64,000 nucleotides of DNA from an uncultured Spirochaetota bacterium. Its GTDB lineage: Bacteria > Spirochaetota > Brevinematia > Brevinematales > JAOACQ01. Both the position numbers and the translations under genes were made by a program. Position 1 is the first letter of the stretch. Each line of letters starts with the position of its first letter. This document shows positions 39,609 to 49,854 of the stretch, in pieces. The stretch covers positions 1,216,001-1,280,000 of the forward strand of contig CAWIGG010000002.1 of NCBI GenBank assembly GCA_963835575.1, given 5' to 3'. The notes under the pieces were generated by a model. The model was not told the origin of the DNA and did not search any database. It saw nothing but the letters and a program-made list of their open reading frames with translations.

Positions 39609-42386
39609 CTAAAGGGCTTTAACTATGGGGTAACATCTTTCGCAAAGTTCGGGATGTTCCGGGTACTCCCCTACTTTTTCAGAATAATTCCAGCAGCGGG
39701 CGCATTTTTTCCCTTTTGCTTTCTCCGCGAAGACGCTGACATTTTCATCCTGCGCCGTTACTGTTTTTATATTATCCGTCAGAACGGCCTCGGAAACAAT
39801 AAATAAATAACGGAGCGAATCCTTTTGCTCATTAAGCAGTTCGGCATATTGCTTATTCAGCGCTTTTATTTCCACTCTTGTTTCCAGGCTGCTGCCTATT
39901 AATTCCTTGTCCGATTCGCCGCTCCTTAGAAACTCGACCGCCTTGAGCACAACATCCCTCACTTTGAGAATGCCGGTAAACTTTTTATAGATTTCCTCAT
40001 TATTCCACTGAGTGTCCGTATCATTCCAATCCTGCAGATGGATACTGTCTTCCTGGTTTTTCGCGAAATAATTAAGGAATACTTCTTCCATTGTGAACGG
40101 CAGTACCGGCGCCAGCATCAGCATGATGTTCTTTAAAACATAGTACATGGTTGTCTGGGCTGAAAGCCTTTCCCGCGATTCTTTCGGATAGGTGTAAAGC
40201 CTGTCCTTGAGCATATCCATATAAAAAGCGCTCATATCGACCGCGCAGAAATTATAAACTTCCCTGAAAGAACGGTAAAACTCAAAGTCATCATTGAATT
40301 TTACGACGTTCCTGTTCAGCCGGTAGAGAAGCGCCAGTACATATTTATCCACATCCAGGAGTTTATCATAAGACAGGGCTTTTTCAAGCGAAAATCCGGA
40401 CAAATTACCTAATAGATAACGGAAGGTATTCCTGAGCTTCCGGTAGCTTTCCGTGCACTTCTGAATAAGATGTTCCCCTATCCGCATATCATCGCGGTAA
40501 TCCTCAGAAACGACCCAGAGCCGGAGCACATCCGCCCCGAATTTCTCATAAACTTCCTTCGGTGAAACGGCGTTGCCGGCGCTTTTGTGCATGGGTTTGC
40601 CCTGCTCGTCCAGGGTCCAGCCATGCGTCACGATCGTCTTGAATGGAGCGTTATTCTTTATCGCGACCGAGGGCCAGAGAGATGACTGAAACCAGCCCCT
40701 GTACTGGTCGTTTCCTTCCAGATAAACATCGGCCGGGCTGTGGAGATTTTCTCTTTTATCCAGTACGGCGATATGGCTCACGCCCGAATCAAACCACACA
40801 TCAAGGATATCAGTCTCTTTTTTAAACTCCGTATGACCGCATTTCGCGCATTTCGCGCCTGCGGGCATGAGTTCCTGCGGGCTTTTTTTATACCAGGCGT
40901 CTATGCCTTCTTTTTTAACAAGATCTATGATTTTATCAATAGACTGTTTATTGAGGACCGCTTCGCCGCATTTCTCGCAGTAAAAAGCGGGAATCGGAAC
41001 GCCCCAGTTCCTCTGCCGCGAGAGGCACCAGTCCGGCCGTCCGGCGAGCATGTTCTTGATCCTGATCTCGCCCCATTCCGGCACCCATTTGACCTTCGAC
41101 AGCTCATCCAGGGCCTTTTTCTGGAGCTTTTCATCGGAAACGCGGAAAAACCACTGGGGCTTCGAGCGGAAGATGATCGGGTTCTTACAGCGCCAGCAGT
41201 GCGGGTAGCTGTGAGTTATGTCTTCCCTGTGGTACAGGACATTTTTTTTATCCAGCAGTTCTATGATCTTTTCATTGGCGTCAAAAACATTTATTCCTTT
41301 GAATTCGGGGACTTCATCCGTAAAATTGCCTTTATCATCAATCGGCGACAGCAGAGGAAGGTTGTTTTCCTGCCCGATGATGAAGTCTTCCATACCATGC
41401 CCCGGCGCGGTATGAACAATGCCGGTACCCGTATCCATTGTGACATGGATGCCGAATACGATCTTAGATTCCCTGTCTATCCAGCAGTGATTGACCTTCA
41501 TTCCCTCAATATCTTTTTTAGCAAGCGCGACAACTTCTCCCGGCTTTAACTGCCTGGCTGTCAAGACTGAATTCATGAGCTTTTCCGCCATTATGAGGTA
41601 TTCTCCTCCGGTTTTCACGGCCACATATGCCTCATCCGGATGGAAAGAGAGGCCCGTGTTGGCAGGCAGCGTCCATGGGGTCGTCGTCCAGATGAGAACA
41701 AAGACCTTTTTGCCCGATAATTTACCGACATTATGCTTAACGACAGGAAATTTCACATAAATGGAAGGTGATTTATGATCATGGTATTCTATCTCCGCTT
41801 CAGCGAGAGAAGTATTGCAGTTGATGCACCAGTGGACAGGCCGGAGCCCGCGGTATATATAATCATGCTCCACAAGCTTCCCGAAGGCCTCAATAATGGC
41901 CGCCTCATATTCTTCCGACATTGTCAGGTATGGGTTTTCCCAATCGCCGAAAATACCGAGCCGGATAAAGCTGTCCATCTGTATCTTCACAAATTTCGAC
42001 GCGTACTTCCGGCATTCGGAACGGAGGGCAATCGGCGGGATCTTGCCCGCTTTTTCACCCAGTTTCTCGATAACCTTAAGCTCGATGGGAAGGCCGTGAC
42101 AGTCCCAGCCTGGAACATAAGGCGTTTTATAGCCCCGCAGGAATTTATATTTATTGATTATATCCTTGAGAATTTTATTGAGGGCCGTACCGACATGAAT
42201 CTCTCCATTCGCGTAGGGAGGCCCGTCATGGAGAATAAAATCCGGCGCGTCTTTCCTTTTTTCCTGCTGTTTCCTGTAAATCCCGATATTCTGCCATTTT
42301 TTTACATATTCAGGCTCTTTCTGCACAAGGCCTGCTTTCATGGAGAAATCGGTTTTAGGCAGGTTGACCGTCTGGCTGTAATCCAT
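39609..42386 (-). CDS. ileS: Isoleucine-tRNA ligase (type 1)
   Basis: LHDGPPYANG, GWDCHGLPIE, WTTTPWTLP, GTGIVHTAPGHG, WCLSRQR, C-terminal CARCW...LCERC zinc site. Confidence 0.98.
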   Translation of the reverse strand: MDYSQTVNLPKTDFSMKAGLVQKEPEYVKKWQNIGIYRKQQEKRKDAPDFILHDGPPYANGEIHVGTALNKILKDIINKYKFLRGYKTPYVPGWDCHGLPIELKVIEKLGEKAGKIPPIALRSECRKYASKFVKIQMDSFIRLGIFGDWENPYLTMSEEYEAAIIEAFGKLVEHDYIYRGLRPVHWCINCNTSLAEAEIEYHDHKSPSIYVKFPVVKHNVGKLSGKKVFVLIWTTTPWTLPANTGLSFHPDEAYVAVKTGGEYLIMAEKLMNSVLTARQLKPGEVVALAKKDIEGMKVNHCWIDRESKIVFGIHVTMDTGTGIVHTAPGHGMEDFIIGQENNLPLLSPIDDKGNFTDEVPEFKGINVFDANEKIIELLDKKNVLYHREDITHSYPHCWRCKNPIIFRSKPQWFFRVSDEKLQKKALDELSKVKWVPEWGEIRIKNMLAGRPDWCLSRQRNWGVPIPAFYCEKCGEAVLNKQSIDKIIDLVKKEGIDAWYKKSPQELMPAGAKCAKCGHTEFKKETDILDVWFDSGVSHIAVLDKRENLHSPADVYLEGNDQYRGWFQSSLWPSVAIKNNAPFKTIVTHGWTLDEQGKPMHKSAGNAVSPKEVYEKFGADVLRLWVVSEDYRDDMRIGEHLIQKCTESYRKLRNTFRYLLGNLSGFSLEKALSYDKLLDVDKYVLALLYRLNRNVVKFNDDFEFYRSFREVYNFCAVDMSAFYMDMLKDRLYTYPKESRERLSAQTTMYYVLKNIMLMLAPVLPFTMEEVFLNYFAKNQEDSIHLQDWNDTDTQWNNEEIYKKFTGILKVRDVVLKAVEFLRSGESDKELIGSSLETRVEIKALNKQYAELLNEQKDSLRYLFIVSEAVLTDNIKTVTAQDENVSVFAEKAKGKKCARCWNYSEKVGEYPEHPELCERCYPIVKAL

Positions 42387-42527
42387 AGAGATACTCCTGT
42401 TATTGATTTAAAAGGATATTCATTATAAAAAAATATCTCATTTATTTCAAGGAAACTCCACTATTTACATCATAAATGTAATTCCAGTACTGATTATCAA
42501 AATATTTCTCATATAATTTTCAATAAG

Positions 42528-42565
42528 TGCAAATATATTTATCAATGTTGATAAATATATTTGCA
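42528..42565. promoter_or_regulatory. Perfect 18-bp-arm palindrome in the divergent ileS / ygbA-like promoter region
   Basis: TGCAAATATATTTATCAA-tg-TTGATAAATATATTTGCA. Confidence 0.55.
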
Positions 42566-42628
42566 AAAATAGATATCAATTATTAGAATTATTTAATAGT
42601 TAATCAATATGGAATTTGGAGAGCCGTC

Positions 42629-42931
42629 TTGTCTGTCAGGAAAAAGGAATCAAAAACAATCGGCTTGATGATCGGGCTCTATTGCCGTAAAACACATAAA
42701 TTTCAAGGGCTTTGCCCCGAATGCGCGGCATTAATAGTGTATTCAGAAAAGAAAATCGCTAAATGTGTTTGGAAAGATGATAAACCTGTCTGTACCAATT
42801 GTTCGATCCATTGCTTTAATATCGGAATGAGAGAAAAAATCAGGCGGGTTATGAGATATTCAGGCCCGAGGATGATTCTGATTCATCCTTTTTTAGCGAT
42901 AGAACATCTTATCAGGACATTAATGAAATAA
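42629..42931 (+). CDS. YgbA-like (nitrous oxide-stimulated promoter family) Cys-rich protein
   Basis: MIGLYC...LCPEC...KPVCTNCSIHC...VMRYSGPRM...HP; GGAG RBS and TTG start. Confidence 0.88.
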   Translation: MSVRKKESKTIGLMIGLYCRKTHKFQGLCPECAALIVYSEKKIAKCVWKDDKPVCTNCSIHCFNIGMREKIRRVMRYSGPRMILIHPFLAIEHLIRTLMK

Positions 42932-43018
42932 CTCTCACAACAGCCGTCAAATATATGACGCTTTTTTAGTAGTAAGGAAAGCAGGAATGGTTTTTAATAA
43001 ATTGAGAGGTAAAAATAA

Positions 43019-43640
43019 TTGGATCATTTTGTCTGGAAAAAGGAATATGAAACCGGAATAGAAGAAATAGACTCTCGGCATAAAGAACTGTTTGATAGAT
43101 TGAATAAAGGGCAGTTCTAAAAACTCAAATATTTAGAACTGCCGCTATTATATGAGTTCATGCTACCGCCCGAGTTCGCTGTCTAAAAAGATCATCAACC
43201 AGCGAACTTTATACGGTAGCGCCAATTAAATTTACAAGAGATTCTATAACCGGGGCAGTTCCAAAACCTATGTTGGAAATATCTGATTGATTTTGAGTTT
43301 TTGGAACTGCCCTAAATTTATTCTTTCTTTTTATGAAAATAAGGAAAAACAGGAATTAATTGAAATTTCAAAATTTTTACAGAAATATGTCGAATGACAT
43401 TTTAATACCGAGGAAAGATTATTCATTAAATATCTATATCCTTACGCAGAAGATCATATCGATGAGCATGAATCATTCAGAGAATTTCAAAAATCCATAC
43501 ATGCCGAATTAATAAAGGGTAATATAACGCTTTCATACGCTGTTGAAGTTGAAAACAAACTTAAAAACTGGTGGGATCATCATATACTGGAAAGCGATAT
43601 GAAATATGCGCCCTTTTTGAAAAGCGATAAATATTTTTAA
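43019..43640 (+). pseudogene. Bacteriohemerythrin pseudogene (MITE insertion plus in-frame TGA)
   Basis: Not in the ORF track. Rebuilt: MDHFVWKKEYETGIEEIDSRHKELFDRLNK|FILSF...YVE*HFNTEE...YPYAEDHIDEH...WWDHHILESDMKY. Confidence 0.9.
43109..43312. mobile_element. MITE, 204 bp, non-coding
   Basis: 21-bp TIR GGGCAGTTC(T/C)AAAAACTCAAA; 4-bp duplication TAAA at 43105-43108 and 43313-43316. Confidence 0.9.
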
Positions 43641-44908
43641 CTTATAAGATTTAAATCAACCATCTTACCGCATTCCGAAGATCGAAATAATATTAAGCCT
43701 GATCAGGTCATCAATTTTTCGAATGCTCTTTTTCCAGTTCGGAATACGCGACCTTTCCGACCCGCGTCAATGGAAGTGTTGAACGGAACTCCACTTCCTC
43801 CGGCACGCTCCATTTGATCAGGTGCTTTCTGCAGTGTTCAATGATATCCTTTTTTTCTTCTTCTGTCGCTTTTGACGGTTCTTTCAAGATGATAATCGCT
43901 TTAACTTTCTGCATTTTATACTGATCCGGCACGCCGATTACACAGGAAAGTGAAATATCAGGATACTGGTCCAGCACTTCCTCAACCATAACCGGCGAAA
44001 CGCTTACGCCGGAAACTTTGATAATGCGTTTCATCCTCAGTTTAAAATAGACATAACCGTCGCTGTCCATTGAGCAGATATCGCCGGTATGAAGCCAGAT
44101 TAAGCCGTCTTTATGCTTAATTAATGTCTGCGCTGTTAAATCAGGACTGTTCAGATAGCCAAGCATGAGCGTCGGGCCGGCTATACAGAGCTCACCGTCA
44201 TTCCCCGGCGGTAATTCTCCGGTTTTCCCGGGCTCGACAATTTTTGCGCTCATATCAGGCAGGGGAATACCGGCGCTCCCTTCCCGATAAGCTTTTTTCG
44301 GCGTCGCAATGCAGGCTGTAACGGATTCAGTGAGGCCGTACCCTTCCAGCAGCTCAGCGCCGCCTCCCCGCTCTTTTATCAGCGCGTCGAACCGCTCCTT
44401 TATGCTTTTAGGGAGTTTATCGCCGCCAGCGTAAGCTGTTTTCAGACAGGCCAGGCTGATTCTCTTCATGATTTTATTGCGCAGAAGAGCCTCATAAAGT
44501 GTCGGAACGCCGGCCATATATTGAGGCCGTTCTTTTTTGATCAAACCAGCCACTGTTTCCGGAGTAAAACGTGGAACAAGAACGCATTTTCCGCCTCTAA
44601 TGAGGAATGTATGAATGCAGACGCCCAGACCGAAGCCATGAAATACCGGCAGGATGGATAGAATGGTATCGCCAGCCTGGATCGGCCCCTGCGAAGCGGT
44701 CTGCAGTCCGAGGCAGTTGAAATTCCGGCTGGTCAGCATTATGCCTTTGGGAAGGCCTGTCGTCCCTCCGCTGTATAAAATCACGGCGCATTCATCAGGC
44801 TTCAGCGGTGTCACTCCGCATCTGGCAGTAACAGTTGTAGAAATCAGGTCATTCCACCATAGTATCCGTTTATCGCCGCGCGGTACTTTTTTTATTTTTC
44901 TCCCGCTG

Positions 44909-46583
44909 TTGCCTGTCGGTTTTTATAACATGCTTCATGGACATACGGCAGGGTTCCCGTTAAAATAAAACGGGAGAAAAAGATGGCAAGATTTGAAAAG
45001 AACAGCCTGGAGCAGGGTGAGTTCCTCGCGATCAATATAGGCGAGCAGTTTGATGAGAATTCCAGAGAATTTATACTAAAAGAATTCATCAAAAACCGTA
45101 TTAAACTGGAGGATTTCGCGGCTTACTATAAGAACAACCATAGAGGCAGAGAGATTAAAAATCCTCGGGATGTGATCTGTGCGGTACTCTACGGTTACAT
45201 TACGGGAAATCGTATCAGCCGAAAGATAGAAGATTTGCTGAAAAAACACATTGGGTTTATGTATGTTTCAAACCGGCTGAAAATTGACCATTCGGTAATT
45301 TGCGAGTTCAAGGTACTTTTTCAGGAAAAGATCGAGGAGTTGTTCAGCCAGCTTTTATATATACTCAACGAAATGGGGTCTATAGATTGGGACATGGTAG
45401 TGGGTGACGGCACAAAGATCAAGGCCTACGCGAGTAAGAATAAGAATGTGGGAAAGAAACATACCCGGAAGCTGATGGACACTTACCAGAAGATGGCGGA
45501 AAAGATTGTGAAACAAGACCTGGAACTGGAAGAATCTTACCGGGAAGGCAAGCTGGAGCAGCCTTATTACGAAGCGGAGAAGAAGCGGGTATCAAGGCGG
45601 AAAAAGATTTACGATAGTGTTTTGAACCAAATCGATGAATACAAAAAACAGGTAGAGAGAGGGGAAAAGACAGACGAAGAATTCACCAACCTGACTGATC
45701 CCGAAAGCAAGCTGATGTCTGGAAATCCGCATAGTGTGTTTATACAGGGATATAATTCGGCGATGATGGTCAGTAATAATGATGTGATTATAGATTTTGA
45801 AGCAATCACAACACCGGAAAAACAGCATACGGAAGAAATGGTAAAGAGGGTGGAACAGAAAAAAGCGGAATTAAAAGTTGATAAGGCTAGCAAATACCTT
45901 TTTGATTCGGGTTTTCAGGACATGGAAGAGACAATCCGGATGGTGGAGGAAGGAAAAGACCTTTATGTGGATACGAAAGAGCGGGATTTCAGTGATAAAT
46001 CACAGAAGCGAAGAGACTTTAAACTGGAAAAGATTGATGACGAATATATCCTGGGATGCCGGGGCGGCCGTAAGGAAAATGGGTATTTAGATCGAAATAA
46101 CCAAAGATATACATTTTTGTATTCACGGAAGGGCTGTGAAAGATGTCCATTTTTCAGTGAGTGTTATAAAAACATCAAACCGAAAACACAGCAAAAGACA
46201 GTAATTTTCAGTGAGTTTGAATTGAATAATCGGTCTAAGATTGATGCTTATTTAACAAAACTTTACAGCGAAGAAGGGCAAAAGATATACAACCGCAGGA
46301 TAGGTAAAGAACACGTATTTTCAAACATCAAAACACAGAAGGGTTATGTTCAGACAGTTTACAGAGGTCAACGGAAAGTGAATTTGGAGCTATGCTGGGT
46401 ATCCCTTGCGCATAATTTTATGAAATATGCCCAATATTTGAGAAAATAGAGAGGATTTTGTATAGTCTGAGTATCGATTATTCGAAATTTATTATTAAAA
46501 TCAGCTAAGCTGACAAAATTTTTATTTGCCCGCTTATTGTAAGGGGCTGGTTTGACTCCGAAAATGAAATAACCGACAGGCAA
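44909..46583 (+). mobile_element. IS1182-family insertion sequence (1675 bp), distinct from the one at 23342
   Basis: 13-bp IR TTGCCTGTCGGTT / AACCGACAGGCAA; 4-bp duplication GCTG at 44905-44908 and 46584-46587. Confidence 0.92.
44983..46449 (+). CDS. IS1182-family transposase
   Basis: SRKIE, DHSVI, GDGTKIKA, NLTDPES, QGYN, DSGF, CERCP, EHVFSNIK. Confidence 0.9.
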   Translation: MARFEKNSLEQGEFLAINIGEQFDENSREFILKEFIKNRIKLEDFAAYYKNNHRGREIKNPRDVICAVLYGYITGNRISRKIEDLLKKHIGFMYVSNRLKIDHSVICEFKVLFQEKIEELFSQLLYILNEMGSIDWDMVVGDGTKIKAYASKNKNVGKKHTRKLMDTYQKMAEKIVKQDLELEESYREGKLEQPYYEAEKKRVSRRKKIYDSVLNQIDEYKKQVERGEKTDEEFTNLTDPESKLMSGNPHSVFIQGYNSAMMVSNNDVIIDFEAITTPEKQHTEEMVKRVEQKKAELKVDKASKYLFDSGFQDMEETIRMVEEGKDLYVDTKERDFSDKSQKRRDFKLEKIDDEYILGCRGGRKENGYLDRNNQRYTFLYSRKGCERCPFFSECYKNIKPKTQQKTVIFSEFELNNRSKIDAYLTKLYSEEGQKIYNRRIGKEHVFSNIKTQKGYVQTVYRGQRKVNLELCWVSLAHNFMKYAQYLRK

Positions 46584-47093
46584 GCTGATAAGAAAAAAAG
46601 TGATGCTTTTTACCGGGCTTAAGTAATCGCTGATTTTAGTGAGCAGCAGGGTTTTTACATTTGTTTTATCGAGTATCCGGCTGAAATTCTCATAAAAAGC
46701 ATCCAGTGTCACGGCCCAGACGCTCCGGCTTTCCTTTAAATAAAACTCTATTTCAGAAGGCGCCGAGAGAGGATGGATCATGCTGGCCACAGCTCCGATT
46801 TTATTAAGCGCATAAAATAATATGACTGCCTGCGGGCAATTCGGAAGACTAATCGTAACCGTATCAGCTTTTTTCAGCCCGCATAACAAAAGTGTGTCGG
46901 CTGTATGATCTATTTCTGTGAGCAGCTTTTTATATGTGGAACGCGTTCCCATAAAATTATAGGCTGTATTTTCAGGGAAAAGCAAAGCGGCGTCAAGCAC
47001 CATCTCGTACATTGTTTTATCCGGATAAACGATGGAATGCGGAACATCACCGTAAAACTTCAGCCAAGGCTTTTTTTCATTCATAAATCTGCC

Positions 47094-48002
47094 CTATTTT
47101 GATTTCTTCGATCTTTTTTCACTGACTGTACGGCCGCCGTCAGATAAAATCTTATCAACATTTAATTCCGTGTTTTCAAGCAGTTTCGGGTTTTCGATCA
47201 TTTTTCTAAAAAGTTCTATTGACCTGGCGCAGTAAAAACCCTCAGTAATCCTCTCATCCAGGGTAAAAGTAACATTCACAACATCCCTGGCTTTTATTTT
47301 ATTGTTTTCGTCCACAACCGCTTCCTTATGCATCTTTCCGATCATCATAAATATGCTCGCGCTGCCGTATTCAAATAGATGATGATAGGGAGCGTCCAGT
47401 CCGATGCTGCCGAGGTTCGCGAGAAATACGCTTGTGTAAAGGGGGATCGCTTTCATAAGAAAATCGGGCAGCATATTATGGTAATCCAATGAGCGTATCA
47501 GCCATGCGATAAAGTTGATGAAAGGCCTGGGAAAAGAAGCCACAAAATCGATTAATTTATCGTCATCACCTTTTTTCGAGCTCCTGGCTACAGCGAGATG
47601 AGAATTTATTTTTTCCCTGATACCTGCGAGAGTTTCATAGCCGGAAAATACAATCCTGGCATTCGATTCCCCGGCTTCCTCTGTAAACTCTTTCTTAACA
47701 ACAAAGTTGAGACTGATATCCCTGTGTTCGTAAATTCTCCGCCCCGCAATGAAACGGTTCAATTCAGGACGCATTTTAATTGTCCGGACCGCCGCCGCCA
47801 GCATTATGTGGAATAATGTAAGCCTCTTTTCCTTATTCTTTCCCTTATTCGCCTTTTCAAGATACTTAAGCAGATTTGTCATGTCTATTTTTTCAGTAAA
47901 GTATATAAGCGATTCCATCCGTGTTTTCATCAGGTAGGGAAAAATACGCCTGAAGGCTGGGAGTTTTTTCAAATAAATTCCATCTTTACGATGGGTAAAC
48001 AT
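47094..48002 (-). CDS. Stand-alone 2-oxoacid dehydrogenase E2-like acyltransferase catalytic domain
   Basis: PELNRFI, FLANLGSIG, TLDERITEG (canonical DHRxxDG); no lipoyl domain; GGAG RBS before ATG 48002. Confidence 0.82.
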   Translation of the reverse strand: MFTHRKDGIYLKKLPAFRRIFPYLMKTRMESLIYFTEKIDMTNLLKYLEKANKGKNKEKRLTLFHIMLAAAVRTIKMRPELNRFIAGRRIYEHRDISLNFVVKKEFTEEAGESNARIVFSGYETLAGIREKINSHLAVARSSKKGDDDKLIDFVASFPRPFINFIAWLIRSLDYHNMLPDFLMKAIPLYTSVFLANLGSIGLDAPYHHLFEYGSASIFMMIGKMHKEAVVDENNKIKARDVVNVTFTLDERITEGFYCARSIELFRKMIENPKLLENTELNVDKILSDGGRTVSEKRSKKSK

Positions 48003-48230
48003 AACAGCTCCTTTGAATATATTCAAAGTCAGTACCAAAAACAAGGGTTTTTGGACCCGCTTTTTTTTATATATTCATTTAAATTATATATTTTATAAAT
48101 TAAATGGAACTGATAAAACTATCTTTTTCTATTAAAAACCGGAATACAGTGTATTATAAAACTGATCGAAAATCAAGATAAAAATTCAGAGTATGAGGAT
48201 TTTTTCTGATAAGAGATTTATTAATTAAAA

Positions 48231-49750
48231 GTAACTATCCAGCCACTAAAAAATAGTCACATGAAATATTTGCATTGAGCATGAAACCATGCTATTCTAT
48301 AGCATGAATGAAGATAGAAGAGAAAAAGACTGTGCGGCCTGCTTAAAACGATTTGAAGGCATCATTGCTGATTTACAAAACCAGATAAAGGAGCAGGGTT
48401 TAATCATTCAAAGACAAGCGGAAAAGATTAAGAAATTGGAAGAACAGCTTAATAAGGACAGCCATAACAGCAATAAACCGCCGTCTTCCGATAATCCATT
48501 CCAAAATACAGTAAAGAATTTACGGAAAAAGAGCGGTAAAAAACAAGGCGGCCAGTTTGGACATAAGGGAAATACTCTGAAGAAAGTAGAAAGCCCTGAT
48601 AAGATCATAGAACATCAGGTTGAAAAATGTTCCTGTTGTGGAATTGATTTAAGTTCCGAATCAGTTAAGCGGACGGAAAGAAGGCAGGTGTTCGATATAC
48701 CTCCGATAAAAGTGGAAGTTACCGAACATCGCTCGGAAGTAAAAGATTGTCCGCATTGCGGTGCGAGAGTAACGGCGGAGTTTCCGGAAGGCATAACCAA
48801 TAAGGCACAGTATGGAAAAAACATTAAAGCGCATCTGGTCTATATGAAAACATATGGGTTGATACCCTATGAAAGGCTTTCGGAATACGCCGAATGTTTA
48901 TTGGGAGTGCCGCTCAGCAAGGCAACGATTGAAGGATTTATCCGGGAGACCTACAATAAATTAGAAGAGTATGAACAGAAAGTCATAGAACTGATACTAA
49001 AAGAAGTGGTTCTTCACTGTGATGAAACCGGTATTCGGATAAAAGGGTTATTAAAATGGCTCCATGTTGCCTCGAATGAACGTTTTACCTATTATTTTTC
49101 TCATGACAAACGCGGCACAGAGGCGATGCGTGCGATGGACATTCTCACAAGATTTACCGGTATTATTATCCACGATGGATGGAAAAGTTATCTGGAATTC
49201 TTATGCCGTCATGGATTGTGTAATGTACACCATTTGAGAGAGCTAATCTGGATACATGAGGAAATGGGTCAGGAATGGGCTAAGGAGATGGGTAATCTTC
49301 TTATAAGGATTAAGAATGATAAAGAGGCAAGTTTTCCAATACCGGCGGAAAGGATTATAGAATATGATACGGAATATGACCGGATCATCGCGAAAGGATT
49401 TGCTGTAAATCCAACGCCTGAAAAGCCGGAAGGACTTGTTAAACGCGGCAGAAAAAAGCGGGGCAAGGTTTTATGCCTATTAGACCGATTAAGAAAATAT
49501 AAAGAATCTGTCCTTTTATTTATGCGGGAAAAAGATGTTCCATTCAGCAACAATTTGGCGGAACGGGATATCAGAATGATAAAAGTCCAGCAGAAAATAT
49601 CAGGTACATTCAGAAGCTGGAATGGAGCGGCTGCCTTTTGCAGAATCAGGGGTTATATATCTACAGTAAAAAAGATGGGCGTCAGTGTTTATCAAGCCCT
49701 TATTGACGCGTTGAACGGCTCCGCTATTAAATATGCGGCTGGATAGTTAC
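48231..49750 (+). mobile_element. IS66-family insertion sequence, single-ORF (ISBst12-like), 1520 bp
   Basis: 14-bp IR GTAACTATCCAGCC / GGCTGGATAGTTAC; 8-bp duplication AATTAAAA at 48223-48230 and 49751-49758. Confidence 0.95.
48289..49746 (+). CDS. IS66-family transposase (TnpC)
   Basis: NSNKPPSSD, GGQFGHKG, zinc finger CSCCG...CPHCG, HCDETG, HDGW, NNLAERDIR. Confidence 0.95.
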   Translation: MLFYSMNEDRREKDCAACLKRFEGIIADLQNQIKEQGLIIQRQAEKIKKLEEQLNKDSHNSNKPPSSDNPFQNTVKNLRKKSGKKQGGQFGHKGNTLKKVESPDKIIEHQVEKCSCCGIDLSSESVKRTERRQVFDIPPIKVEVTEHRSEVKDCPHCGARVTAEFPEGITNKAQYGKNIKAHLVYMKTYGLIPYERLSEYAECLLGVPLSKATIEGFIRETYNKLEEYEQKVIELILKEVVLHCDETGIRIKGLLKWLHVASNERFTYYFSHDKRGTEAMRAMDILTRFTGIIIHDGWKSYLEFLCRHGLCNVHHLRELIWIHEEMGQEWAKEMGNLLIRIKNDKEASFPIPAERIIEYDTEYDRIIAKGFAVNPTPEKPEGLVKRGRKKRGKVLCLLDRLRKYKESVLLFMREKDVPFSNNLAERDIRMIKVQQKISGTFRSWNGAAAFCRIRGYISTVKKMGVSVYQALIDALNGSAIKYAAG

Positions 49751-49807
49751 AATTAAAAATAAATTATCATTTCCCTAATAATTTCTAAATTAATTATGAA
49801 TTTAAAT

Positions 49808-49836
49808 AAAAAAGAGGCGCGTTTTCACGCGCCTCT
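49808..49836 (-). terminator. Intrinsic terminator
   Basis: Minus strand AGAGGCGCG-tgaaaa-CGCGCCTCT-TTTTT, 18 nt after the stop at 49855. Confidence 0.8.
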
Positions 49837-49854
49837 GATTTTTGTTTTGAATTA

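Larger units (their letters stand above)
43711..47084 (-). pseudogene. Long-chain acyl-CoA ligase (AMP-binding), interrupted by IS1182
   Basis: The halves rejoin as ITFFLIS|GRKIKKVPRGD...YSGGTTGLPKG; EGYGLTE, WLHTGD and LPLTRVGK are intact. Confidence 0.93.

Noticed and set aside
43395..43397. In-frame TGA in hemerythrin as selenocysteine or recoding
   Set aside because: The gene is already broken by a frameshifting MITE, no SECIS-like hairpin is evident, and TGA is used as a normal stop elsewhere (e.g. 9598-9600).
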